This document shows positions 1 to 10,379 of a stretch of DNA of 32,000 bases, in pieces. The notes beneath the pieces are model-generated. The model searched no databases. It was not told the origin of the DNA and worked only from the letters and a program-made list of their open reading frames with translations. The translations under genes and the position numbers were made by a program. Each line of letters opens with the position of its first letter. Within the stretch, counting starts at the first letter, position 1. This DNA is from Amoeboradix gromovi X-113 (lineage: Eukaryota > Fungi > Sanchytriomycota): positions 1-32,000 of the forward strand of contig JADGIF010000007.1 of NCBI GenBank assembly GCA_018985225.1, given 5' to 3'.

Positions 1-697
1 AAAATCAAGTCTGCATTAGATATACAACAATAAACATAGCTTAAAATATACTTGCTCTTCAATTTCATATAAATATGCGAATTGTTAGTAATTCATTATA
101 ATATGACAGAAGTTGCATTTTGCGATACTGGGGCGACTTTTCATTAAGAGACTCTTGAATCAGTTCAGTCTTGAACAATATATATGATGCTGCAAATTAT
201 ACACTCATATGACTCTATATTTTCACCTAGCTCTACAATTACACTAAATTTTGGAAAGTAATGTCAGATACCTTCTATCAGCTTTGAATTTTTTCTTTTA
301 CTATGCCTTCATGGTAACCAAGGTGAAATTGTCCACTGTGGTGAGTTCTTGATTCATTTTTCAAAGTGATTTATTATTAATATCCGTTTAATTCTGCTCG
401 CTGCAATAAATAGTTGAAACACTTAATTGATTGCTTTGAGAAAGTCGTTAAGGCAAAGAAACCATTCACTAATTAGAATAGAAGTACCTTGGTAAAGAAA
501 ACGGAACGATTTTTAGAGTTTTTTGAAATGTATGCATCTGTGGCCAGAACTATTGAAATGCCTTACAAATTAGTTATATTAACTAAGGGTGTACCGTCTG
601 TCACTCATCTTTTATTAAGATTTGTATCACTTATCGACATTTTATCAAGTTTTAAAACATAGGATTTTATTATTGCTGGAAAATAAGGAGTTACATT

Positions 698-1630
698 ATG
701 TTTTCTATCAAGGAAGGGGTCAACTATATCAATGTTATGTGCCAAGCAGAACATCCAATAAAAATAGATATCAATAAGCATGACGAGCATTCGGACGGTT
801 GTGTTTGCACTGTATACGGAGATGAAGATCGCTCACATAGTGCGCTATTTACGGGAACTAAGAAAATGGTCTTGGTTAATCTGTGCTCACAAGTATCCTT
901 AGCTGGAACTTGACAGATTTCAAGGTGCAGCTGTTGCTACACCGCTGGAATTGTTGAATCGGCTAAAGAAGAGATATGCAGATATAACTGTTGATGTCAA
1001 AGATAAACCATTTGGATCACTCAAATATAAATTGGGTGATGGCAATTTATTATTTAGAGCAAGCTATATGCTTGTTATAAACATCACAGCTATACGAAGA
1101 ATAAAGTTGCTCAGTTATTCTTGGAACAAGCAGCTGTCTATGATTCGGATGCAAGAGATTATATCAATTGGATTACTTAACTATTGCCGTTAACACAGCT
1201 TGTAAAATCACCACATATGGAATCCGTAAACACCGAGTACAAAGGTGCCAGTGACCCTGAAAACAATTTGACTTTCATGTCTGCTTGGAAAAATTACTAT
1301 GAAAAGGTGCTGGAAGCACTTTGTGATATGGCGAACAATGAAGGGGGTATTATTCATATTGGTGCCATGACTCTGGTGTTGTTCAAGGCATCAAGAAGTT
1401 ACAAATTAAAGTTAAAATATCAAGACCATATCAGGCCCAGTATAAAGCCAGCCATATTATATGATTTGGCGGTTTTTACCTGTTCGCTTTTACAAGGAAA
1501 ACCCTAAATTGAAACTTATTCCGGAAAATGCTAAATTCACTTCAGAGGATATAATAAAGGAACTGAATTAGTTAAAACGAGATTGGTACAATTTATGGGC
1601 AAATCCTAGGCTATCTGTACACAATCAAGT
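698..1630 (+). pseudogene. Schlafen AlbA_2-domain protein pseudogene (multiple frameshifts/stops)
   Basis: ORF 1184-1507 reads ESVNTEYKG...EALCDMANNEGGIIHIG. A -1 shift at ~1364-1366 continues HDSGVVQGI, completing the AlbA_2 signature (E..vEfK...icAfaN..GG.l.iGv.D.g.v.Gi). Upstream fragments 698-913 and 951-1193 look like broken pieces of the same gene. Boundaries approximate. Confidence 0.6.
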
Positions 1631-1869
1631 GATGAGAGAAAATCCTTGATTCATATTTCCAATTATTTCTAGCGTTATTCATCATCGAATTTCCATTTGA
1701 TCTTGCTCGCTTCAATGAATAATACCTTTGACTTATTCATCGGTTTACAAAAGTCATACTGCTTGCGTATCTTATAACTGAATTAAAAGACATTTGTGAC
1801 CCATTCTGACAAATGTACTCATTTACAAGTAGGAGGAAAACGTAGAAACCACACTAGGACGTAAATATT

Positions 1870-2660
1870 CATGTCATCAGATACGAAAGTTTATCAGGAA
1901 TAAGAAGGGGTGTACTGTGAAGATTGCAGGCCAAAGAAACATATGCAGACGCTGCCTTGTTTGTGAACAAGACGACATTACAATCACCAAGACAGAATAT
2001 GAAAATCGCTATCATTTGAGATTTTGCAGCATATGCTCAGTGCTAATCAGCCAAGCTGTTTTGGTAGAGACATTGCAAGTGCAATTTCATACTGAGAAAA
2101 GCTTGATGGCATATTATGAGTCTGACACATCTTTCCAGGAAGTCCTCCGACTTAGATTAGGAGACATTTTCTGAAATTGAGTCCCAAATGTTTAAATTCT
2201 AGTACGATATTTTATTCCGACACGGACGAGGGTGACAGACCCATCCACACCCCGATGTTTTTATTTTGTTGAAATCTATGTTCCAAGACATCCAGAAAAA
2301 CAAAGAATTGGTAGAAAGGCAGAAACTCGAGATGCGCTTTCTGACGACTTTCAAAAATGAGTCAAATTGGCTGGTATGTATGCACCGAAAGTTACTGTCC
2401 AGGTTGGTCTTGGAGATACAAAACTTCATGTCATAAAAGTATGATTGACAAAGATTTTATTTTCGGTAAAGGGTAATTTTTTATACTGGACAGGTTAACA
2501 CATTGAAAATAGTCGTTTACATGAAGATACAGACCGTATGCCAGCAAGGAAACTATACTTTATGTATCATTTAATCCTGCATCGTAGCAATGGAAGTATG
2601 AGCAACCACCGTAGCAGATCGACTGGTTTTCTTTGTAGAATTCACGGTCCTCTAGGAAGT
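1870..2660 (+). mobile_element. Highly decayed Fanzor2/TnpB-like nuclease relic (copy A) with 3' element
   Basis: 2521-2567 (gaagatacagaccgtatgccagcaaggaaactatac, EDTDRMPARKLY) is homologous at DNA level to EDRDHMAARNIY of the 9.0 kb copy. Fragments in shifting frames occur in Fanzor2 order: RRHFLKLSPKCLN, IHTPMF, LKSMF, KQRIGRKA, YVCTESY. Left boundary uncertain. Confidence 0.55.
2570..2660 (+). ncRNA. Degenerate omegaRNA-like 3' element (copy A)
   Basis: atttaatcctgcatcgtagcaatggaagtatgagcaaccacc...ctttgtagaattcacggtcctctagg aligns with gaps to the minus-strand element following the nuclease relic at 8.87-8.97 kb. Confidence 0.3.
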
Positions 2661-2760
2661 CATCAATTTCGATGAGTAACGAATTTTGATAATCTATTAC
2701 GGGGTGTTGATTGGACAGAAATTTAATGAAATCAGGATTCATTTTTTGAATCAATTTCAC

Positions 2761-4503
2761 ATGTCTCTAAATAGAAAAACAAGTCAAAAAGGAAGGCTGG
2801 AGAGACCAGTAGCGGCGCAATTAAACTACGATAGGCTTCGTACTTTGAATCGCAAGAGAGATGGCAATCAAGAAACCAAGCCAGAATTTCACACTTCAGG
2901 AAAATTTGTTAAAAGTTACAAACATAAACTAGATTTCAAAACCAGATTAAGTCTATTGTTTTCTCACGATGGATCTAAGATATCGTTTATCATAATTTAT
3001 TACCTTTTTTCCATTTACATAGGTATGTGGAAGTACACAACTTATGCGCGTTCTGAAAAATATGCTACAACTCGAATAATATTTAGAGAAGCTTTATCGA
3101 TTGCAAGAACTTCTGCTGGTCTCTTGTTGTTTAACTGCGCTATTGTTTTGCTCCCTGTCTGCAGAACCCTGATTTCGCAAGCTAGAGTAAGTGTACTTAA
3201 TTCCGTTATACCTTTTGATAAGAACATTGAATTCCATAAGTTTGTTGGCGTACACATTGTGATTTATACAATCGTTCATATCGGAGCTCATGTATTTGAT
3301 TTCTTGTATTTGAGCAATTTAGGCAAGGCGAATCTCGGATTTGAATATTTGGGATCCCCAGAATTGTTGTGGATGTCTTTGTTACCTGCATATACAGGTC
3401 ATGTTGCAACTTTATCTTTATTTTTAATAATTACTAGCTCATTGCGCAAAGTAAGAGTAGCTAATTTCGAAATATTTTGGTTTACGCATCATTTGTTTAT
3501 AATTTTTTTCGTTTCGCTTGTACTGCACGGCGCAGGGTGTGTTGTAGAGACCCTGGTTGGTTACCAATGCGTTGCTTTCACAGAGTTTTGGAAATGGTGT
3601 ATTTTGTCACTTTTTTTCTATTCCGCTGAAAGATTGGTATTTAGAGTGTTTAGGACATTTCGACCGGTCAAAATTCAAAAGATTGTTGTGCACCCCTCAA
3701 ATGTAGTTGAATTGCAATGGGTTCCAAGGTACTTAACACAGATGTACAATGCAAAGCCTGGACAGTATATATTTTTAAATTGCCCTGAAATTGGAGGAAT
3801 GCAATTTCATCCTTTTACCCTGACATCATGTATTGAAGAAGGGTATATGAGTGTACATATTAGAGAGACAGGTGATTTTACAAGTAGGCTATCAGAATTA
3901 TTAATTCAATTGTCCCAAGAGAACTCAGTGGGTAACATTGAAAAGGTTCCAAAAATTTACATTGATGGGCCATTCGGTGCCGCCGCCGAAGACGCTTTTA
4001 AGTATAAGACGTGCATTTTTGTTGGTGCGGGCATTGGAGTTACCCCCTTCGCTAGTCTGCTTAAATCAGTTTTCTTCAAAGTAGATATGGGGCATTCACC
4101 AGTGAGAAAGCTGAAATTGTTTTGGATATGTAACGACACAACAGCGTTTGAATGGTTTAACGATTTGCTGCATTCCTTGGAGCAACAAGAAAGTATGGTA
4201 CAACTGGAATATCATATTTACTTGAGCAAAGTTAGAGACACTATGATTAATAAGCTGATATTAAATGACGTAGGCAATAATTTTGACCCTATAACTGGTC
4301 TTCGAAGTAAAACAAATTATGGTAGACCAAACTGGGATGCTATATTTGCAGAAACAGCAATTCAAAACCCAGGAGAAACAATTGGATTATTTGTATGTGG
4401 GCCGAAATTGTTGACAAAAGCTCTAAAGAAGAATTGCATACTGTATACTAATTATAAAAGTACAGAAGCTATATTTCGTTTCAATAAAGAAAATTTTGGT
4501 TGA
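2761..4503 (+). CDS. noxB: NADPH oxidase catalytic subunit (gp91phox family), NoxB-like; intronless
   Basis: Heme His motifs FDKNIEFHK, HIGAH, FWFTHHLF, LHG; FAD-binding HPFTLTS; DGPFG; NADPH-binding GAGIGVTPF; CGPK; terminal KENF. First ATG is at 2761 (the track uses TTG at 2686). The ~60-aa basic N-terminal extension and FDKNI.FH favour NoxB over NoxA; the subfamily call is less certain than the family call. Confidence 0.93.
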   Translation: MSLNRKTSQKGRLERPVAAQLNYDRLRTLNRKRDGNQETKPEFHTSGKFVKSYKHKLDFKTRLSLLFSHDGSKISFIIIYYLFSIYIGMWKYTTYARSEKYATTRIIFREALSIARTSAGLLLFNCAIVLLPVCRTLISQARVSVLNSVIPFDKNIEFHKFVGVHIVIYTIVHIGAHVFDFLYLSNLGKANLGFEYLGSPELLWMSLLPAYTGHVATLSLFLIITSSLRKVRVANFEIFWFTHHLFIIFFVSLVLHGAGCVVETLVGYQCVAFTEFWKWCILSLFFYSAERLVFRVFRTFRPVKIQKIVVHPSNVVELQWVPRYLTQMYNAKPGQYIFLNCPEIGGMQFHPFTLTSCIEEGYMSVHIRETGDFTSRLSELLIQLSQENSVGNIEKVPKIYIDGPFGAAAEDAFKYKTCIFVGAGIGVTPFASLLKSVFFKVDMGHSPVRKLKLFWICNDTTAFEWFNDLLHSLEQQESMVQLEYHIYLSKVRDTMINKLILNDVGNNFDPITGLRSKTNYGRPNWDAIFAETAIQNPGETIGLFVCGPKLLTKALKKNCILYTNYKSTEAIFRFNKENFG

Positions 4504-4909
4504 AATTTTAGTTTTTACCTTGTGACAAAATCATATGCCACGTTGCTTAATCCTAATAAAATTACTTCAAAAATCAGTGGTACACTTTCTTGCATATAAT
4601 TGGGGCCCAAAAAAAAAGTTCGTAATGCTTTTAGGGATAATTCCTGGTTAACGAAGTTCTTGAAGGGGTACACGTATTGATTATTAGTTGTCTTAGTAAC
4701 GATGTTAAGCCGGCGAAACAAACGTTTAAGTCAAAAATTTCAAGTTTGGGCTGGCGATTTGCACGTCCATTTCTGAAATTTCCCCAATAACACGCTCCCT
4801 CCTTTCAATTCGTTGCGATCCACCAATCAGCGCTTAATTGTCTTACATCGAATCAAAAATATGAGGATTTATTTAGAAACAGTCAGATACCCGAACATTA
4901 CAGACGCTC

Positions 4910-5614
4910 ATGGAACCAATAATTCGTTTTGACGAAAGCTCATCTTCCATGGAAGATATTGAAGAAGTCCCCGTAGATATAGATTTAAATCAACGCCTTG
5001 TAAACTCTCAGCAAGCACCTCCTACCTTGCCCGGTATTGATGACTTGAACCTTCATAGCAGACCTATTACTCCTGAGAATTACGAGATTGATTATAATAC
5101 TTCGGACTCGTTAAATAAAAGATGGAGCTCAGCTGGAGAATTAAAATTACCTGACCAGGGATCGCCTGTACCTCAAAGAAAGTATCCAAAAACTCCACAG
5201 CCTGTTAGAAAACAAATCTTAAGGTACCAACAGGGTACTACCTTGGTTCAGTATCCTTCTGGAACATCAGCCATACAGCACCCGATGCTCTATGATTTAA
5301 TACGCTTGCAAAGCCATAGTTCCGGTGGATCTGCAATTGACTTGCCAGAAGAAATTGAAGACGACAGCAAATCTTTACAATGTCGATTTTGTTACAAAGA
5401 TTTTACTACAACCTTTGCCAGAAGAAGGCATGAGACGAACGTTCATAGTGTTGCTGTTCCTTGCCAGTATTGCGGGCAAGAATTGAAGACTATGGGTAGA
5501 CCAGATGCCCTCCAAAGACATCTATTACGATGTCCCTCGTTTAGACTGAAAGATAACAAAGATGGACATTATCAAAAGGACGCTGATCCATATAATAGAA
5601 AAGAATTTATGTAA
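4910..5614 (+). CDS. Zinc-finger transcription factor (C2H2 plus C2HC-type finger)
   Basis: CRFCYKDFTTTFARRRHETNVH and CQYCGQELKTMGRPDALQRHLLRC after a Pro/Ser/acidic low-complexity N-terminus; 234 aa. Confidence 0.85.
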   Translation: MEPIIRFDESSSSMEDIEEVPVDIDLNQRLVNSQQAPPTLPGIDDLNLHSRPITPENYEIDYNTSDSLNKRWSSAGELKLPDQGSPVPQRKYPKTPQPVRKQILRYQQGTTLVQYPSGTSAIQHPMLYDLIRLQSHSSGGSAIDLPEEIEDDSKSLQCRFCYKDFTTTFARRRHETNVHSVAVPCQYCGQELKTMGRPDALQRHLLRCPSFRLKDNKDGHYQKDADPYNRKEFM

Positions 5615-8600
5615 ATGAACATTAGTAAACCATGTTTATTATAAGTTGGACCGACTTGGCTGTTGGCACAATTTTGCGTAACAATTATTTCTACTTCGTA
5701 ATGAAAGAACTGTCACTACTGTAATTGACCATATCATATCTGTGGAAGTTTCTTTCAAATTGGGTTTTAACAGCTATTTTTACAGTTAAAGTCTAAAGTA
5801 ACTCTGGATATTCTGTGAAGTAGAGAAGTTCAGGCGTGCCTTGAAAGCTAGATCAATTTTTTCTCAGCTCATTATGAGTAACTGCCTCTAACGGTTGAAC
5901 TCCTTAGGTTATGCAAATAACGTGCACATAATGCATAGTTTAAAACACTTGAATCTAAAAATGACGAAGCTGTTTCTAGCTTTGAGCACCAACCCTTAAA
6001 CTAGCTTTTTTTCTGCGGAATTCAAGAGATCACTTAGATTAGGCATTACCTGAAGAAGCCTAATTTTGAGTAAACGACACCTTTCTAGTTTTTTCAAGTA
6101 TAATTAAGTAAATTGCACAATTTCCTCAGTCTCAATGCAAGCGGCCTACAGAAAAAGAAACTAAGAGGGATACAATGTAAAAGACATTTTATTCAGCGCG
6201 TTGCAGTCTCAAAAGCAAAAAGAACTGCTGGGCTTTGCTTATAAGTCGAACTTTTTTAAAGTATGATGAGGTGCATGATCCACTTAGACTTGAGTATTTC
6301 ACGATTTGCTGCTTAGTTTTAGAACGCTGGTATCACTGCGTTAAAATAACAGATATTTAACAGCCGGTTTCCTCTAGAGTGCACTAATTAGAGCGATCGT
6401 AGGTTTTGCTCTTAGATGCAAGAAAGCTGTTTGGAATGTATACACACATCTACATAGTTGCTGGAAAAACACTTTCAAAAAGCAGTTAGATAATTAGTTA
6501 TGAAATTCAATGGTAGACTTCAGTTGACGCGCTGAAAGTGCTTAGGATATTGAAGTGTAGATTTTATTACTTGCACTAGATTGCTACACCATTGAAATAC
6601 TTTATACATACGAGATTTCCGCTATAAGAGCTAGGCCAACTAATTTTTAGACAAGCACTCTGTATTTGAGACACCAGATAGAAATATTGTTGTGCCCAAT
6701 ATTGATATTTTGACATTTTGTCATTTTGTCAATTTTTCAAATTACAATACTATTTTTTGCGGTCGCACAAGATATGAATAAGCCTAAAATTGAATGTGCT
6801 GATTCTGCAATGGTAACGGCGATACGGAATCGCTTTCAAAACAAGATAAAATTAAGCAACTGTATTTTGCCAAGCAAGTTAGACTCACAGTCTAATGTGA
6901 TCATAGAAGCTAATGATTACGGACAGGGTTCTGAATATGAAAGGGAACATCTATCAGTAGACTCTTCGGCTCTGCCAATCTACACAACAACTAACTTGCA
7001 TAACAACAAACAACGGCAGAGGATTGAGGAAACTCAAGTGTTAGAAAGCAATTTAAAGGGACTATTATTAACTGTTTGACAGACATGTAACACTGATTAA
7101 ATAGATTTGAATAAATGTGGAGCAGAGCTAGTTTACAACTTAACACACGCTATAGAACTAGGATTCTTCTGAAAGGTCTATTGAATGTTTTGTTAAGTCT
7201 GTGACTGTAGAATGATCCACACCTTAAGGGTTGTCAAGAAAATGGGGTGCTTTTCCACAAGAAGTATACAAAATGATAGCAAAAAGAATTGTGAATCGTT
7301 GCTGACGAATAAATCAATGAACGGGAGTGGCTGCAAAGTACTCCATTATAATTTTTCGTCTGAACTATATAGCGGCTTTTGTAACCTCTTATTGCAGTCA
7401 TAGAACTCCAAAGCGATGGCCTTGTCATTCGAAAAATAATGCTTTCACAAGCGAAAGCCTAAAATGTTTACCAACAAACGCGATTCGCTGCACAATATGG
7501 CTTAAATTCAGAGCTGTTTCTCACAATTCAATGATAATTCCCATTCTCTCTTTCATCGTCCTGTATAGCACATGAACTAACTTTTATCAACAGTTGATAT
7601 CCAACACAGTAGAAATAGTGCTTTTCAGTATCTTTATTGCTGTGGCACTCGAAAGTTGATGTACTAAATTCATCACATGATAAAAAGTAATTCCAAATTT
7701 CAGTAACGATCTAGTGAATGCTATGTCAGTATAACTGCTTTTCAGTTCAAAATAGAAGTGCTATGCAAGATAATGCGGTCTCAACCCGATCTATAACCTC
7801 AGATTATAGCGCTAGATTGTAGCAGCTAGATTATATTGGCAGGATTTATCTGCAACTTCTTATTTTGTTTATACTCGGTCTCTTTGATTCCTTTGATACT
7901 CGCCTACTGCTACTCCAGTTCTAGTGACTTTTTGGGATGAAGGTTTCATTGGGCCTAAATTAGCTCTATACTATTCAGTAATGGTAAAGAGCGAATCCCA
8001 AAAAACACGCTAGGAAAAAAATTGTTTCTTTATTAGCCTAAACGGAATACAGCGACTGAACAGACGAGATATGAGCCAGATCAGCGTAAAACGTAAAAGT
8101 GCAGGAAGACAGCCTAGCCAGATCCAAACTATTAATTAAACTATGTCGGCAGCCTTCAGATAATTTGCACCAGATTGGAGTTGCTTTACTTAGAATACAT
8201 TCGAATAACTAGATTAACAATGTATGGACAGTCTACCAATGTAGCATTCAGAAGAAAAACAAGAAATTCACTTAGATATTTCATTTAATATTGGGGAAGT
8301 TTAGTATTTTTATTTTAATAGCAGCCAAGAGAAAACAGATGGGACACTCTGTGATTTCTAGACTAGGGTGAAAATAAAGTTATCGAGAAACACCGATTTC
8401 AAGTCAACTTGAGGATTACTCTCTAAAAACTAGAGTATGATCTGATTCATTGATTTTCTATGTGAAATGTAGACTAGGGTATAATATTCTGCGCCTAGGA
8501 TTTTTATTGTTAACTCTTTTGTCTACTTCATTTTTGAATTCCGTTTTCATCATACAAGAAAGATAAAATCGAGCATAAATTAGCCATGCTCACGTCAAAT

Positions 8601-8867
8601 TCCGAGCAACACTAAACTAAGCCAAATGCCGGCTCTTTTTTGTTTTTCAATTTTCAAACAAGTCCTTTAATTTGGCTGTTTTACATTGATATTCATGACC
8701 GGAACTATCCAAGGCGCAAATGGTAGAGAAAGCGAGCTATTATTTGCCCAAATATAACACTATTCTTCAACAATTTGTTCAAGGCGAAAGTGCAAGAGGT
8801 ATTTGTACAGTATCGAACCAAGAAGTGTACCATGCCTGATTTGTTTAACCATCTTTATTACATAATT

Positions 8868-10310
8868 CTACTCCTCGCTAAAAGTCCTGATTTCCGAGAA
8901 AGTAGCAATGCTAGATGTTCCATTAAAGTGATTGCTCACTCTTGCACTACCCTGAGGCGGGATTGAATAAGGATGCAGATACTTGATGTAAATGTTCCTT
9001 GCTGCCATATGGTCTCTATCTTCTTCAAAATGACAGTTGGTACAAGTGTAGGTTTCTAAATTGGTTTTCTTTAGATAGAAGCTTACCCTTCAAAGATGAA
9101 AGAAGGGTATATCTTAAGAAAATTGGCAATATGTACTTCGTTGCAGCTCTTATGTAGAAAGGCAACGATCTTTCCTCGATAAAAATTACCAAATTAAAGA
9201 CGCGTTACCTGAGCGGTTACTATGATAAGAATTTGGATGGTGATCGATTTATTAAGTCGACAAAGTTTTTGTTGTCCCAAACACCTATGTAATGCCAAAT
9301 ACCATTCACTCTGAGTTTAATATTAACAAAACTATGCCTTGTAATTTTTTTGAAATCAGCTTGGAGATAAAGTAAACTTTCGTTAAAAATGTCGAGTTTC
9401 TTATGGAATTCTCTTACCACCCCTATGCTACCCTCCCAGAAGTCTCCTTTGTATCTATAAATTCCTTACAACTTCTACACTGCTTTGTATGATGTTCAGC
9501 CATCAATTTTTTGCAGGCGGTATACTCGTCGAAATTGTTGTACTTTATCTGAATATGACGAAGGTCCCCATCCTCATATTCAGCAACAACTTCAATTAAT
9601 AAATGGGAGTCCTTTTTATATGTTCCACGTTGAATTAGAATTTTAAAAGGCACCACATCGTCTTCATTGTAGCTACTGAATAGATGCTTACGATATATAA
9701 TTCACTTACAAGGCTAGACCATCTTTTGCGAGATTAAACCATCTTCATACTTCTTGACAAACTTACCATTCAACGCTTGCTTAAAGTCTCTGGTGTCCAA
9801 ATACTCCTCCGCGTATATAGAAACTGACAATCATCCATCCATGTTCAATAGGATTAATTCTAGTACAAAAGTGATACGAATATATCGTTTCTTCAAACGT
9901 ATCTTGGAACTTTCAAACAGTCAATTCATTCATTTTACTTGGGTTAAAGGCTTCGTTTGCCGGACTTAACTTCTTTCTTCTAGTAATGATATCTACTACA
10001 GCAATTTGGTGCTTTGATGGTGAACTCAAAGTGACAACCTGATCTCGGGTTGTTTTGTAAAATCACCTCAAAATTTAGTTTTGATCAATCTAGTTTTGCC
10101 AGGTTTTAAGCATAACTGTCTGATCACGTAGGTTCTCTTCTATATCTGAACTGTCGTCTTGATCCTCTATTGGTTCTTCCTCTTCCCGTGGCATGGAATT
10201 AAAGTAGGACTCTTGTGGTGAATGGGTTGTCGTCCATCGTTTCGAAGGAGAAATTAGTGGAAAATGGTGTAGTAGTTGAATAAGAAGAGTATATCCATTT
10301 ATTCTTCATC
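8868..10310 (-). mobile_element. Decayed, near full-length Fanzor2/TnpB-like RNA-guided nuclease gene (copy B)
   Basis: Start-less frame 9089->8868 encodes ETYTCTNCHFEEDRDHMAARNIYIKY, matching the TnpB/Fanzor zinc-ribbon CxxC plus RuvC-III DRD..AARNI. Weaker upstream fragments occur in the expected order: LSSPSKHQI, WMIVSFYIRGG/RDFKQAL, NGIWHYIGVWD, RVFNLV, KIVAFLHKSCNEVHIANF. Many stops and frameshifts; RuvC-I DPG not recognisable. C-terminal motif is confident, full extent less so. Confidence 0.7.
8872..8952 (-). ncRNA. omegaRNA-like structured 3' element (copy B)
   Basis: Lies directly 3' of the RuvC-III motif and recurs at 12278-12358 and ~2570-2660. Contains an AGAGUGA-GCAA-UCACUUU tetraloop hairpin, GUAGUG/UUGCUAC pairing and a UUCUCG/CGAGGA stem. 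Confidence 0.5.
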
Positions 10311-10379
10311 GATATCTTTGCGATAGATTATGTTTCGAGTGTATCTAAGTTATTTTCAAAAACAAACTGCTTTATTCCA

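Noticed and set aside
2686-2760. TTG-initiated N-terminal extension of Nox in the ORF track
   Set aside because: Eukaryotic gene; the first ATG at 2761 is the plausible start.
6726-7575. Short ORFs at 6.7-7.6 kb
   Set aside because: No recognisable motifs; likely decayed fragments or chance ORFs.
9084-9109. TACCCTTC/GAAGGGTA hairpin as an element terminus
   Set aside because: Fanzor-like fragments continue on both sides, so it is internal and probably fortuitous.
9423-9656. TKQCRSC as the first half of the Fanzor zinc ribbon
   Set aside because: It lies ~400 bp upstream of the second CxxC and before the bridge-helix-like fragments; the degenerate YPSFIFEG near 9095-9110 fits that position better.
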